DNA of 59,798 nucleotides from Candidatus Limnocylindria bacterium (GCA_038324015.1 JBBQHN010000001.1:1-59798); one strand, 5' to 3'. Positions 1 to 10,028 are shown, counted from the first letter of the stretch. Notes: generated by a model from the sequence alone, not told the origin. A program made the numbers and translations.

Positions 1-81
1 GAGCTTGAGACCGAGCCAGGCGCCTAACGCGATAGGGACCGCGATGATGAGTCCGACCTGGCCCAGGATCGCCGCGTTCAA
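1..81 (-). CDS. possible 5' end of a membrane protein running off the window (partial)
   Basis: TTG at 81 followed by a hydrophobic run LNAAILGQVGLIIAVPIALGAWLGLKL to the window edge, with an in-frame stop just upstream at 121-123. Only 27 codons are visible, so no family can be assigned. Confidence 0.25.
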   Translation of the reverse strand, partial: MNAAILGQVGLIIAVPIALGAWLGLKL

Positions 82-173
82 CGCGCTCCACCCGGGGTGC
101 GGAGAGCGGCCAAGGCAACGTCAGTTTATGGGCAAACCGCACGCCGCGCACGTGGGGACCGCGCGGTGCAGCG

Positions 174-1130
174 CTAGAGCCAATGCTTGCGTCGGAAGTA
201 CACGGCGAGCGAGCCGGCCGCCAGGACCGTGAACACGATCGAGCCCCAGAACAGCTCCGGTGAGTCGTATGGGATGAATGCCACGAAGTTCTGGCCGAAG
301 AAGCTGGTAACGACCGTCATGACGAGGAGGATCGTCGCGACGGCCGTCAGGACCTTCATGACCTCGTTCAGCCGGTTCGAGACGGCGGCGAGGTTGGCGT
401 CCACCACGTTGCTCACCAGATCCCGCAACGTGTCGATCTCATCGGTCACCCGCACAACGTGGTCGTACAGGTCCTGGAAGTAACGGCGTTCCTCCGACCC
501 GAAGCAGCCGACGTCGCCGCGGCTCAGGACCTGGAGGACCTCGCGCTCAGGCGCGATGAGCTTCCGTAACCGGAGCAAGTCGCGCTTCAGCAGAAAGAGC
601 TCGGACAGTGACGTGCGCAGAGCGTTCCCGTCGGTGTCCTGGAGGATCAGCGCCTCGAGCACGTCGGCGCGCTCGCCGTAGTCGTCGACGATCGGGAAGT
701 ACCCGTCGACCGTCGCGTCGAGGAGCGCGTGCAGGAGCATTCCGATGTTCGGCAGCCGGCCCTCGCGCCAGCGGCGCTCGACGTCTTCGCGCGGGCGCCA
801 CTCGGAGTGGCGCACCGTCACGAGAACGTCGGCGAAGGCGAAGATCGAAAAGAGATCCGTCGTGATCGAGCCGGGGCTTGCCGACTGGATCGCCGTGAAT
901 GCGATGAAGTAGTAGCCGTCGTAGGAATCCGCCTTCGGGCGATCATGGCGCGCCCGGGCGTCCTCGACCGCAAGGGGATGCAGGCCGAGCTCCTCTGCGA
1001 TGAGCGACAGCTCGGCGTCGCTGGGATCCAGGATGTCGAGCCACGTCGGCGTGCCGCGCAGCTCGGAGAGATCCGCCGGCGGCGCCTCGCGCACGCCGTC
1101 GGGGTGCTTGACCAGAAGCCGGGCGGTCAC
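174..1130 (-). CDS. corA: CorA-family divalent cation transporter
   Basis: 318 aa with a soluble N-domain and two C-terminal TM helices. The signature loop reads FFGQNF (GQN instead of canonical GMN) at nt 288-296. Confidence 0.85.
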   Translation of the reverse strand: MTARLLVKHPDGVREAPPADLSELRGTPTWLDILDPSDAELSLIAEELGLHPLAVEDARARHDRPKADSYDGYYFIAFTAIQSASPGSITTDLFSIFAFADVLVTVRHSEWRPREDVERRWREGRLPNIGMLLHALLDATVDGYFPIVDDYGERADVLEALILQDTDGNALRTSLSELFLLKRDLLRLRKLIAPEREVLQVLSRGDVGCFGSEERRYFQDLYDHVVRVTDEIDTLRDLVSNVVDANLAAVSNRLNEVMKVLTAVATILLVMTVVTSFFGQNFVAFIPYDSPELFWGSIVFTVLAAGSLAVYFRRKHWL

Positions 1131-1143
1131 GCCCGGATGCTAG

Positions 1144-1515
1144 TCAGGACGAGAATCGGCGTACGAGACGGAGCAGGTCATCGGCGTGGAACGGCTTGCG
1201 CAGGAAGGCCTCGGCGTTGCAGCGGTCGGCCTCGCGCTTCGGATCGGCGACGCCGGTAACGATGACCAGGGGCACGTGCTTCAACCGCAGGCGAAGCTCG
1301 CGCGCGAAGGTCGGCCCGTCGATGCCGGGCATCTGGACGTCGAGGACGATCAGCGCGGGCGGATCCTCGTCCATCGCGATCAGCGCCTCGGCTCCGTTAT
1401 GCGCCTCGCGCACGGCGAAGCCGTGCTCCGCCAGCAACGCCCGTTCGACGGCGAGGATGTCCTGATCGTCGTCGACGATCAGGATCGGCCGCGCACGCCG
1501 TTCGGTCAGTGCCAT
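1144..1515 (-). CDS. receiver-only (CheY-like) response regulator
   Basis: PILIVDDDQD ... LIVLDVQMPGIDG ... VIVTG ... KPF receiver motifs with no output domain. The start is ambiguous (ATG at 1515, 1527 or 1560); 1515 avoids overlap with the divergent gene. Confidence 0.8.
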   Translation of the reverse strand: MALTERRARPILIVDDDQDILAVERALLAEHGFAVREAHNGAEALIAMDEDPPALIVLDVQMPGIDGPTFARELRLRLKHVPLVIVTGVADPKREADRCNAEAFLRKPFHADDLLRLVRRFSS

Positions 1516-1558
1516 GTGACCAGCCATGCAAGCCCCGTTCCCGCCGATACTTCCGGTC

Positions 1559-1996
1559 ATGACACGTCCGAAAGGTCTCCGGCCGGCCGCTGAGGTCGTC
1601 CCGAAGCTTGGCGTCCCAAGCGGTCAGCCAGCCGTTCGGATCGGCGAGGTGGCCGCCTACGACAAGCCCCTCGAGCACCTGGCAGGGCAGCTCGACCGCG
1701 CGGAGCTCGAGCTCCCGCTCCGCTACCGGGCGTCGCGCTGTGGCCTGTGCCTCTGCTTCGCGCTCGAGCCGGTCGGCGCGAACGCGCTGGCGGCCGAGCT
1801 CACCCGGATCATGAGCACCGAGGGAACGATCTGGGTCGTCGTCTGGAAGAAGCCATTCCTGCGGCCCGGTCTCCTCTCCTGGGACGACGTGCAGGCCGCG
1901 ATGCTGCCGACGGGCTGGGTCGACAACAAGATCTTGAGCTTCGGCGACGAGGTGTACGGCACCCGTTACGTGCTGCGGAAGGCACTGCGCAACTAA
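1559..1996 (+). CDS. DUF3052-like hypothetical protein
   Basis: The C-terminal block GTIWVVVWKK...LSWDDVQAAMLPTGWVDNKILSFGDEVYGTRYVLRK matches my recollection of DUF3052. Start taken at ATG 1559 (the track ORF starts at 1526). Confidence 0.55.
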   Translation: MTRPKGLRPAAEVVPKLGVPSGQPAVRIGEVAAYDKPLEHLAGQLDRAELELPLRYRASRCGLCLCFALEPVGANALAAELTRIMSTEGTIWVVVWKKPFLRPGLLSWDDVQAAMLPTGWVDNKILSFGDEVYGTRYVLRKALRN

Positions 1997-2022
1997 CCGA
2001 GGTGCCCGCGCGTCTATCGAGT

Positions 2023-2631
2023 GTGCGCAGCGGAGCGATCGCCCTGGGATTCGTGTTGGCGGCCTGCGGAACGACCGCGGGCCATCCCGTGACCGTTCAA
2101 GCGAGCGCTTCCGCGACCGCATCGTCCGGAGCGTCGTCGACCCCACGGGTCACCACCGCGACGACCGTCGATTGCACGGTCAGCTGGGTCGATCACTTCA
2201 CAGCACTCTCGGACATGGCCAGGAAGGCGGATGTGATCGTCCGCGCGGTCGCGATCGCACAGGACACGGTGCAGCTCACGCCGGGGTTCGGACCTCGACC
2301 CACACGTGATGCGCGCCGCACGACGTTCCGCGTCGTCGAAACGCTGAAGGGCGCGGCGACCCCCGAGATCCGCCTGCTCGAGGACGTCTGCCCGAACCTC
2401 GATGTGCGATCGGGCGATGAGTGGCTGCTATTCGCCACGCGGTGGGACAACTCCCATGGACCGGCCGGCGGCGGCCAACATTACTTTTCGGCTGGCGGGC
2501 CGCAGGGGCAGTTCCGATCTGCCGCGGGCAGGGTGAGTGGTCCGTTCTTCGCCTTCGCGGAACTCGTCCGCTCGTACGAAGGCGCGACGATCGACGAGGT
2601 CCTGCGCGACACGCGCGCGGCGCTTCGCTAG
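2023..2631 (+). CDS. secreted lipoprotein, unknown function
   Basis: GTG at 2023, signal peptide with lipobox VRSGAIALGFVLAAC-GT, and a Ser/Thr/Ala-rich linker. The 5' part of track ORF 1747..2631 is an Arg-rich shadow. Confidence 0.6.
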   Translation: MRSGAIALGFVLAACGTTAGHPVTVQASASATASSGASSTPRVTTATTVDCTVSWVDHFTALSDMARKADVIVRAVAIAQDTVQLTPGFGPRPTRDARRTTFRVVETLKGAATPEIRLLEDVCPNLDVRSGDEWLLFATRWDNSHGPAGGGQHYFSAGGPQGQFRSAAGRVSGPFFAFAELVRSYEGATIDEVLRDTRAALR

Positions 2632-4460
2632 GGAGCGAGTTGCTCCGCCAAGAAATCGACGATCCGCGCATGGGCCTTGTCGGAGTTGGCGCGCTTCGTG
2701 AATCCGTGGCCCTCGTCCTCGAAGACCATGTACTCGACCGGAATGCCACGCGCGCGGAGCCGCTCGACGACCTGGTCGGACTCTTCCTTCGGGACCCGCG
2801 GGTCGTTCGTACCCTGCACCACGAGCATCGGGCAGCGAACCTTGTCCAGGTGCGTGATCGGTGAACGCTCGACGAGCTTGGCGCGGTCCGTCTCGAGATC
2901 GCCGATCCAGAGCTTGAGGAAGCGCCGCCAGTTCGGCTGCGCGTGCTCGATCATCGTCACGAGGTTCGCGACACCGAACACGTCGACCGCGCACTTCCAG
3001 CGGTCGGGCATCGTCGTGACACAGACGAGCGTGGCGAAACCGCCGTAGGAGCCGCCGTACACCGCGAGCCGCTGCGCGTCGATGCGCGGGTCGTTCGCCA
3101 TCCAGTCGGCCACGGCGCGCAGGTCGCGGGCGTCGATGCCGCCCCAGTCGCGGTGGATCGCTTTCTGCCACGAGAGGCCGTAGCCGGTCGAGCCATGAAT
3201 GTTCGGCACGACGAGCGTCATGCCGCGATCGACGAGCGCCTGGAGATAGGCCATCCGGTCGGGGAAGCCCGGCCGCGACTGACCCTCGGGTCCGCCGTGG
3301 GGATAGAGGACCGCCGGCGTCCTGCCTTTCGCGTTCCTGGGCCGGAAGACGAACGCGGGGATGTCGCCGTCCTGGGCCGTAATGCGGATGAGCTCGGGCT
3401 CCACGAGATCGCGGGCGGTCACGATGCGTGCGGTCTCGAACACCATGCGAGCGTCACCGGTGGCGGTATCGAGGACCCAGAGCTGCGGCGCCTCGGTGGC
3501 CGAGGTCCGGTGGAACGCTGCGAGCGAGCCGTCGGCCGAGATGACGAGGTCCTCGCAGACCCCCTGCAGGTCACGCTCCCCCATCCGCGTGCGGTCACGC
3601 TGCCAGCGGAGCGTCGAGTAGCCGTCCGCGTTGACGGACCAGATCTGTGTCCGTCCGTCGGCCGATGACGCAGCGAGCTCGATGTCCCAGTCCGGTGCAT
3701 CGATCACCTCGCGCTCGCCGGTCTTCCGGTCATACGCGGCGAGGTAGAGGTGCTCCTGTCCGTGATCGGTCAGGCCGAGCGGGCGGCCGTCGGCCAGCCA
3801 CCCGGCCGGGACGTTGGAGACGTCACCGTCGTGCGCCGTGATGTGGGTCGCCGCTCCGGTCTCCGGATCGACGATGAACAGATCCTGATCGGTGTTCGCT
3901 GCCACGCGCATCACGAGCAGCGACCGTCCATCCGGCGACCACCCGCCGACGACGTGCCAGGCCGGCCCTGCCACGAGGACGCGCTCCGTCGCCTGCTCGA
4001 CGTCCTCGATGACGATGTCCATATCGGTAGCCTGGCGCGCGTTCGAGGAGAACGCGACGCGCGAGCCGTCCGGGGACACCGCATTCCAGGAGAGGAGCCG
4101 CTGGACGCGCTCGCCCTCGGACCACGAGAGCTTCTCGACCCGCTCGTCGCTTCGGGCAACGTAGAGCTGATGGAGCTCGGTGCCGCCGCGGTCGGCCGCG
4201 CCGATGAGATCGCCGCGCGTGGACCACGCGAGCGACCGCAGCGCTGCGCCCTCGACGCCGAGAGCGGGTGTTGGCTTGCCGGCTTTGTTGAGCGGGAGCG
4301 TCCAGGCCGAGTACGTGCCCGCGCCGAGATCGCCGAGGAACGCGAGCGCGCGGGCATCCGGTGAGATCGCGAGCGCCGATCGGCAGGAGAAGCGCCGCGT
4401 CGTGTGCGGGATCGGCACGATGCGCTCGCGTGGCTCGAAGTCGGCGATCGGACGCGACAT
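2628..4460 (-). CDS. S9 family serine peptidase (prolyl oligopeptidase / acylaminoacyl-peptidase type) with N-terminal beta-propeller
   Basis: GGSYGG nucleophile elbow, then ...QGTNDPRV... and ...DEGHGF (Asp/His), with WSPDG/SPDG propeller repeats. ATG 4460 (MSRPIADF) is preferred over track TTG 4478. Confidence 0.85.
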   Translation of the reverse strand: MSRPIADFEPRERIVPIPHTTRRFSCRSALAISPDARALAFLGDLGAGTYSAWTLPLNKAGKPTPALGVEGAALRSLAWSTRGDLIGAADRGGTELHQLYVARSDERVEKLSWSEGERVQRLLSWNAVSPDGSRVAFSSNARQATDMDIVIEDVEQATERVLVAGPAWHVVGGWSPDGRSLLVMRVAANTDQDLFIVDPETGAATHITAHDGDVSNVPAGWLADGRPLGLTDHGQEHLYLAAYDRKTGEREVIDAPDWDIELAASSADGRTQIWSVNADGYSTLRWQRDRTRMGERDLQGVCEDLVISADGSLAAFHRTSATEAPQLWVLDTATGDARMVFETARIVTARDLVEPELIRITAQDGDIPAFVFRPRNAKGRTPAVLYPHGGPEGQSRPGFPDRMAYLQALVDRGMTLVVPNIHGSTGYGLSWQKAIHRDWGGIDARDLRAVADWMANDPRIDAQRLAVYGGSYGGFATLVCVTTMPDRWKCAVDVFGVANLVTMIEHAQPNWRRFLKLWIGDLETDRAKLVERSPITHLDKVRCPMLVVQGTNDPRVPKEESDQVVERLRARGIPVEYMVFEDEGHGFTKRANSDKAHARIVDFLAEQLAP

Positions 4461-4492
4461 CGGCTGAATCCTAGCCAAGTACGCTGGCCGGT

Positions 4493-5647
4493 ATGACCCA
4501 CGCCAACGACACCGTCGGTCGCTACCTGCGTGACGAAGCCGCGTATGTCGAGAAACGCATCGCCCGGCTGCGTATCCAAATGATCCTCGTCGTCGGAGTG
4601 CCGCTCGCGATCTACGCGTACGCGACAGGACTGCAGGCCGCGATGGCCTCGTCCGTCATCGGGCTCGCCTGGCTCGCCGCGGCGGTCGGACTCGACCGCG
4701 GGTTAGCCGGGGGCCGATATTCCGCCTGGCTCGGTCTGGCCGCCACGCTGATCGACGCGCTGTTCCTGACCGCGGTCGTCGTGTCGATCGTGATCGTCCG
4801 GAACGACCCGAGCTTTGGGCCGAATGTGGTCCACATCTATCTCTACTTCCCGCTCGTCGCGCTCGCGGCCCTCCGCCAATCGAGACGGCTCGCCCTCACC
4901 GCCGGCGTCGTTAGCGCGATGTGCTACGTCGGGCTCTTCGCCATCGCCGCGATCGGCGCGCCAGCGAGCATCACCTTTGGCGAGCCCGGTCCGGGGCAGG
5001 TCGGGGTGAGCCGGACCGCGATCGTCGTTGCGGCGCTCCTGCTGACCGGGATCATCGGTGCGGTCATGAGCTCGCGGTCCCAGCGGCTCCTCGCGACCGC
5101 GCTCGACACACGGACGTTCCTGTTCTCGGATCTGCGCGACTTCACGAGCTTCGTTGAGCGCAACGGCGATGCTGCCGCGTCCGAGCTGATCCGGACATAT
5201 CGGTCGCTCGTGCGAAGCGAGATCGCCCGGTCCGGCGGCGGCGAAGTCAAAACGGAGGGCGACAGCTTCTACGTGGTGTTCGACAGCGCAAGGCAGGCCC
5301 TCGCGTGCGGCGTTGCGATCCAGCACGCCGCGCAGCGCGCACCGACCGCCGAGCGCCCCATTCGCGTCGGCATCGGTATCCACGCCGGCGAACCGGTCCC
5401 GCACGACGGGCAATTCGTCGGCAGCGCGGTCAACGTCGCCGCCCGGTTGGCCCAGAACGCGGCGGCGGACGAGCTGCTCGTCAGCGACATCGTGCGAGGC
5501 CTCGTCCGTACATCCAACGTGCCGCCCATGGAGGAACGGCCGGTCACGCTGAAGGGCATCACCGACCCTCCTCGGGCCTACCTGGTGCGCTGGCAAGCGA
5601 CGGACGAGCGCGAGGCGCGGGGGCCAGCGCGAGGGTTATCGTCCTGA
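4493..5647 (+). CDS. membrane-anchored class III adenylate cyclase
   Basis: About six N-terminal TM helices, then FLFSDLRDFTSF ... EVKTEGDSFYVVF ... GIGIHAGEPV ... GSAVNVAARL cyclase-homology motifs. The Lys preceding TEGD is typical of ATP-specific enzymes. Confidence 0.85.
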   Translation: MTHANDTVGRYLRDEAAYVEKRIARLRIQMILVVGVPLAIYAYATGLQAAMASSVIGLAWLAAAVGLDRGLAGGRYSAWLGLAATLIDALFLTAVVVSIVIVRNDPSFGPNVVHIYLYFPLVALAALRQSRRLALTAGVVSAMCYVGLFAIAAIGAPASITFGEPGPGQVGVSRTAIVVAALLLTGIIGAVMSSRSQRLLATALDTRTFLFSDLRDFTSFVERNGDAAASELIRTYRSLVRSEIARSGGGEVKTEGDSFYVVFDSARQALACGVAIQHAAQRAPTAERPIRVGIGIHAGEPVPHDGQFVGSAVNVAARLAQNAAADELLVSDIVRGLVRTSNVPPMEERPVTLKGITDPPRAYLVRWQATDEREARGPARGLSS

Positions 5648-5674
5648 ACGGGACGAGAACTGGCCTGAGGGAAC

Positions 5675-6109
5675 ATGAAGGCAACAGCTACCGCGGCCGC
5701 ATCCAAGAAGATCACGACACGGATCAAGGACTTGGGTGATTGGCGCGGCGAGGCCCTTGCCCGCGTCAGGACGCTCATTCACGACGCGGACCCCAAGATC
5801 CAGGAAGAGTGGAAATGGGAGAAGCCGAGCTCGCCGGGAATTCCGGTCTGGTCCCATGATGGGGGCGTGTGCACAGGCGAGTCATACCAGGAGGCGGTGA
5901 AGCTCACGTTCTTCCGGGGGGCGTCATTGAAGGACCCCAAGAAGCTCTTCACCTCCAGCCTCGAGGGCAAGGTCCGCCGGGCCGTCGACATCCGCGAAGG
6001 TGAAAAGATCAACGAGACCGCGTTCAAAGCTCTCATCCGCTCAGCCGTCGCCGCCAACACAGCGGCCATCGCGGAGCGCACGGCTCGGACGAGGTCGAAC
6101 GGCCGCTAG
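5675..6109 (+). CDS. DUF1801 (YdhG-like) domain protein
   Basis: 144 aa with the ...ARVRTLIHDADPKIQEEWKW ... VKLTFFRGASL... pattern typical of DUF1801. Confidence 0.6.
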   Translation: MKATATAAASKKITTRIKDLGDWRGEALARVRTLIHDADPKIQEEWKWEKPSSPGIPVWSHDGGVCTGESYQEAVKLTFFRGASLKDPKKLFTSSLEGKVRRAVDIREGEKINETAFKALIRSAVAANTAAIAERTARTRSNGR

Positions 6110-7002
6110 CTCAGCATCCTGGCGATCTCGGCGGCGTTGGTCACAGCCTTGTCGGCGTAGCAGTTGTTCATCAGCACGTGCACCTCGTCGGCGTCGTCGG
6201 CAAGGTGCTCGATCTTGCCAAGCCACTCCGCGAGCTCTTCCTTGGTGTACTGATAGTCGAAGCGCTCGGCGGCGCTGATCCCCTTCTTCTTCCAGTTCTC
6301 AGCGTTCCGTCCGTGGAAGCGGACGATCGCCAGGCGGCCAGACGTCACCGCGGCGACCGGCGGGACGCTTGAAGGGAAGCCCTGCGGCTCGTCGACCGCG
6401 ACGTACGTGAGGTCGTGGTCGGCGAGGAATTTCAGCGTCTCGGCGCGGTTGCGCTCGCTCATCCAGGTCTCGTTGCGGAACTCGACGGCGAGACGGTCAT
6501 CGGGCAGGCGTTCGCGCGCATGCAGGATCGCGTCCTTGTTCTCGTGCGAGATCACGAACCAATCCGGATATTGGAGGAGGATCGCCCCGAGCTTCCCCGC
6601 CTTACGCAGCGGATCGAGCGAGATCCAGAACCGCGCGTGGATCTCAGCACTGATCTCAGGCGGAAGGTCCTTTGGGTAGAGGCGCTGCTTCGCCTGCAGC
6701 TCGGCGGGCAGGGTCTCGCGGATCGTCCTTGGCAGCCGCTTCGGATCGATCGGATGCGTCGTGATCGTGCCGAACGCCTTGAAATCCATGGTGAATCCGT
6801 CCGGCGTCCGCTCGGTCCAGAGCTGGGCCTGCTTCGGATCCGGAAGCGCGTAGTACGCGGCGTCGTTCTCGACGACCGAGAACCGCGCGGCGTAGAAGCG
6901 CAGCCGCTCGTCTGCCTTCTTCGCGATCTTCTCGGGATACCAGCCCGATGCGATCAATGTGGGGTCGGTCCACGAGCAGGTGCCGACCTTGATCTTTCCC
7001 AT
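6106..7002 (-). CDS. DUF72 (YecE/UPF0759) family protein
   Basis: MGKIKVGTCSWTDP...FYPE...RLRFYAARFSVVENDAAYYALP is the classic DUF72 N-terminus. ATG at 7002; residues upstream in track ORF 6106..7254 are Ser/Arg-rich shadow. Confidence 0.8.
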   Translation of the reverse strand: MGKIKVGTCSWTDPTLIASGWYPEKIAKKADERLRFYAARFSVVENDAAYYALPDPKQAQLWTERTPDGFTMDFKAFGTITTHPIDPKRLPRTIRETLPAELQAKQRLYPKDLPPEISAEIHARFWISLDPLRKAGKLGAILLQYPDWFVISHENKDAILHARERLPDDRLAVEFRNETWMSERNRAETLKFLADHDLTYVAVDEPQGFPSSVPPVAAVTSGRLAIVRFHGRNAENWKKKGISAAERFDYQYTKEELAEWLGKIEHLADDADEVHVLMNNCYADKAVTNAAEIARMLS

Positions 7003-7015
7003 TTGACCGCCGGCG

Positions 7016-8134
7016 CTATTCCGCGCGGTCGGGATAGAGGTTCGGGTCGAGCTCCGAGGCCTTCGCGCTCCGCTGTGACAGCGCGAGCACCGCGATACCG
7101 AACACCGCGAGGAAGCCGACGAACGAGTAGGCCTGGGCCCGTCCGCTCGAGACGAACGCGAGCGCGCCGAGTCCGAGCGTGATGGCGTAGATGAGGAGCA
7201 CTGCCTGGCGGTGCGACAGCCCGACGTCAAGCAGCTTGTGATGGAAGTGGCCACGGTCGGGCGCGAACGGCGCCTGGCCGGTGACCATGCGGCGAATGAT
7301 CACGTAGAAGGTGTCGATGATCGGCACGCCAAGCACGAGCAGCGCGGCGGCGACCTTGGCCGTGGCAAAGATCGAGAGCACCGCCAGCATCGTGCCGATG
7401 AACGCCACGCCGGTCGTACCTAGGTACACCTTGGCCGGGTGGAAGTTGAAGACGAGGAACCCGAAGATCGCGCCCGCGAGCGTGAAATTCATCCACGCGA
7501 CGAACGGCTCATTGACCGCGGGGAGGAGGGCGGTCGCGCCGAGCGCGACGGCGGCGATACCGGCAACGCCCGCGGCAAGGCCATCGAGACCGTCGATGAA
7601 GTTGAGGGCATTGTTCATCCCGACGATCCAGAAGACCGTGAAGCCGACAGCGAGCGGCAGTGCGAGCGTGATGACGCCGTCGCCGCGCGGGTCGTTGACG
7701 AATTCGATGCGGATACCCGCAGCGACGATGACTCCCGCGATCAGCAGGTAGCCCAGCATCTGCCAGCGCGCGCGGAGGTCGAACGCATCATCGAGCAGCC
7801 CCACGGCGAGACCGAGGACCGCAGCAAGCGCGGTCAGGGTGAACCGCGGCGTGCGCACCTCTTCGGGAATGAGGAACGCGTGCCCGTTGAAGCGGTCGAT
7901 CAACCAGAAGGTGAGGATCGCGAGGCCGAACGCGCTCGCGACACCGAGTCCGCCGATGCGCGGTATCGGCTCGGGATGCTGCCGCCTCCCACCGGGCACG
8001 TCCATCAGACCGAGACGCCGCGCGAGCACGCCCGAAAGCGGCGTGAGGAGCAGCGCCAGAAGGAACGCGAGCAACGCGGAGCCGGCGAACAGCAGCACGA
8101 TCGACGTGCCCGCGGCGGAGAGGAACGACGACAT
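7016..8134 (-). CDS. wecA: MraY/WecA-family undecaprenyl-phosphate N-acetylhexosamine-1-phosphate transferase
   Basis: Multi-TM protein with NNALNFIDGLDGLAAG and the HHKLLD motif. It sits directly after upp, as in Firmicutes/Actinobacteria, with a TGATG 1-nt overlap with the upp stop. Confidence 0.8.
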   Translation of the reverse strand: MSSFLSAAGTSIVLLFAGSALLAFLLALLLTPLSGVLARRLGLMDVPGGRRQHPEPIPRIGGLGVASAFGLAILTFWLIDRFNGHAFLIPEEVRTPRFTLTALAAVLGLAVGLLDDAFDLRARWQMLGYLLIAGVIVAAGIRIEFVNDPRGDGVITLALPLAVGFTVFWIVGMNNALNFIDGLDGLAAGVAGIAAVALGATALLPAVNEPFVAWMNFTLAGAIFGFLVFNFHPAKVYLGTTGVAFIGTMLAVLSIFATAKVAAALLVLGVPIIDTFYVIIRRMVTGQAPFAPDRGHFHHKLLDVGLSHRQAVLLIYAITLGLGALAFVSSGRAQAYSFVGFLAVFGIAVLALSQRSAKASELDPNLYPDRAE

Positions 8135-8763
8135 CAGCTCGTACCGAACTGGCGGTCGCCCGCGTCGCCGAGACCGGGAACGATGTAGCCCTTCTCATTC
8201 AGGCGCTCGTCGAGCGCGGCGACGTGGATCGGCACGTCGGGGTGCGCTTCGTTGAGTGCCTTCACGCCCTCCGGTGCCGCGATGAGGCCGACGTACTTCA
8301 CACGCCGCGCTCCCCACTTCTTGAGGATGTCGATCGTCGCGACCGACGAGCCGCCCGTCGCGAGCATCGGATCGAGCACGAGGCAGACCTGCGCGGTCGC
8401 CGCCGACGGGAGCTTGTTGTAGTACTCGATGGGTCGCAAGGTGCGTTCGTCACGGAACAGACCGATGTGCCAGACCTGCGCCTCGGGGATCAGCTGGAGC
8501 GCGGCCTCGACCATCCCAATGCCGGCTCGCAAGACGGGAACCAACCCGATCTTTTCGGCAAGCCGCACGCCCGTATGGGGCGCGAGTGGAGTCCGGACAT
8601 CCGCCGGCGAGGTCTCGAGATCCTCGGTGGCTTCATAGAGGACGAGCATCGCGAGCTCATGGACCAGACGCCGGAATTCGGGCGGGGGCGTGCGCTCATC
8701 CCGAAGGCGTGTCACCTTCTCCCGCACGAGCGGGTGGGTCGAGACGTGGAGCTGGTCGGTCAG
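8134..8763 (-). CDS. upp: uracil phosphoribosyltransferase
   Basis: Upp motifs include [12 protein letters not shown] (PRPP loop) and [12 protein letters not shown]. The track ORF starts at GTG 8727, but the conserved N-terminal block LHVSTHPLV lies upstream in frame. The only plausible start is CTG 8763-8761, overlapping the glyA TGA (CTGA), which gives 209 aa. Confidence 0.8.
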   Translation of the reverse strand: MTDQLHVSTHPLVREKVTRLRDERTPPPEFRRLVHELAMLVLYEATEDLETSPADVRTPLAPHTGVRLAEKIGLVPVLRAGIGMVEAALQLIPEAQVWHIGLFRDERTLRPIEYYNKLPSAATAQVCLVLDPMLATGGSSVATIDILKKWGARRVKYVGLIAAPEGVKALNEAHPDVPIHVAALDERLNEKGYIVPGLGDAGDRQFGTS

Positions 8764-10028
8764 GCTCGGGCCGTCTCCCGGGTGGTCCGGGTGATACCGG
8801 GTACCGGGAAGCGATGGGTCAGCTCCAAGACCTCGTCGGCGATCTGCTTGGCGATGGTCTCGTCCTTCGCTTCACGGAGCGCCCGGGCGATGAGCGCGCC
8901 GATGCGCTCCATCTCCGCTTCCTTCATGCCGCGCGTCGTGATCGCCGGCGTGCCGATGCGGATACCCGATGCGGTACCGGCCTTCTGGGGGTCGTACGGG
9001 ATGGTGTTCTTGTTGACGGTGATCCCGACCGCGTCGAGCAGCTTCTCGGCCGCCTTGCCGGTCAGCTCGACGGGGCGCACGTCGACGAGCATCAGGTGGT
9101 TGTCGGTGCCGCCTGAGACAACACGCAGGCCCGCCTTCGTCAGCGCGTTCGCGAGCGCGACCGCGTTCGTGCGGATCTGCTTCGCGTAGACCTTGAACTC
9201 CGGCGTCGCGGCCTCCTTGAAGGCGACGGCCTTGCCGGCGATCACGTGCATCAGCGGTCCGCCCTGGGCATACGGGAACACGGCCTTGTTCACGGCCTTC
9301 GCGTACTCCTCGGTGCAGAGGATCATGCCGCCGCGCGGTCCGCGCAGGGTCTTGTGGGTCGTGGTCGTCACGATCTGCGCGTGCTCGACCGGGTTCGGGT
9401 GCTCGCCAGCGGCGACGAGGCCGGCGAAGTGCGCCATGTCCACCATGAGGAGCGCGCCGACGCTGTCGGCGATCGCCCGCAGCCGCTTGAAGTCGAAGAA
9501 CCGCGGATACGCGGTCGCCCCCGCGACGATGAGCTTGGGGTGGTGCTCCTTCGAGAGCGCCTCGATCTGGTCATAGTCGATGAGCTCGTCGTCGCGCTTC
9601 ACGCCGTACGCGACGAAGTTGTAGAGCTGCGCCGAGAAGTTGACCGGCGAGCCGTGCGTGAGGTGACCGCCCTGGTCGAGCGCCATGCCGAGCACGGTGT
9701 CGCCCGGCTTGATGATCGCCGCGTAGGCGGCCATGTTCGCCTGCGCGCCCGCATGCGGCTGCACGTTCGCGTGCTGCGCCCCGAACAGCGCTTTCGCGCG
9801 CTCGATCGCGAGCGACTCGGCGACGTCCACCCATTCGCAGCCGCCGTAGTAACGGTGTCCCGGGTACCCCTCGGCGTACTTGTTGGTCAAGACGCTGCCG
9901 ACGGCGTCCATGACCGCCTGACTCGTGTAGTTCTCCGAAGCGATGAGCTCGATCTTGTCCACCTGACGGCGCCGCTCACCCTCGATCGCCGCATACACCT
10001 CGGGGTCGACGCGCTCGAGCTCGCTCAT
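8760..10028 (-). CDS. glyA: serine hydroxymethyltransferase
   Basis: [22 protein letters not shown]...LIASENY...[14 protein letters not shown] (PLP-Lys motif). ATG 10028 overlaps the rpiB stop (ATGA). The 58 upstream residues of track ORF 8760..10202 are Arg-rich shadow. Confidence 0.95.
   Translation of the reverse strand: MSELERVDPEVYAAIEGERRRQVDKIELIASENYTSQAVMDAVGSVLTNKYAEGYPGHRYYGGCEWVDVAESLAIERAKALFGAQHANVQPHAGAQANMAAYAAIIKPGDTVLGMALDQGGHLTHGSPVNFSAQLYNFVAYGVKRDDELIDYDQIEALSKEHHPKLIVAGATAYPRFFDFKRLRAIADSVGALLMVDMAHFAGLVAAGEHPNPVEHAQIVTTTTHKTLRGPRGGMILCTEEYAKAVNKAVFPYAQGGPLMHVIAGKAVAFKEAATPEFKVYAKQIRTNAVALANALTKAGLRVVSGGTDNHLMLVDVRPVELTGKAAEKLLDAVGITVNKNTIPYDPQKAGTASGIRIGTPAITTRGMKEAEMERIGALIARALREAKDETIAKQIADEVLELTHRFPVPGITRTTRETARA

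Noticed and set aside
5-232. 75-aa plus-strand ORF at the window start
   Set aside because: It overlaps the corA 3' end antisense, has Arg/Ala/Pro-rich composition, and shows no motifs.
7003-7254. N-terminal extension of the DUF72 ORF (and, similarly, 10029..10202 of glyA)
   Set aside because: The extensions are Ser/Arg-rich, overlap the neighbouring gene on the same strand (wecA, rpiB), and precede a perfect family-typical N-terminus with ATG.
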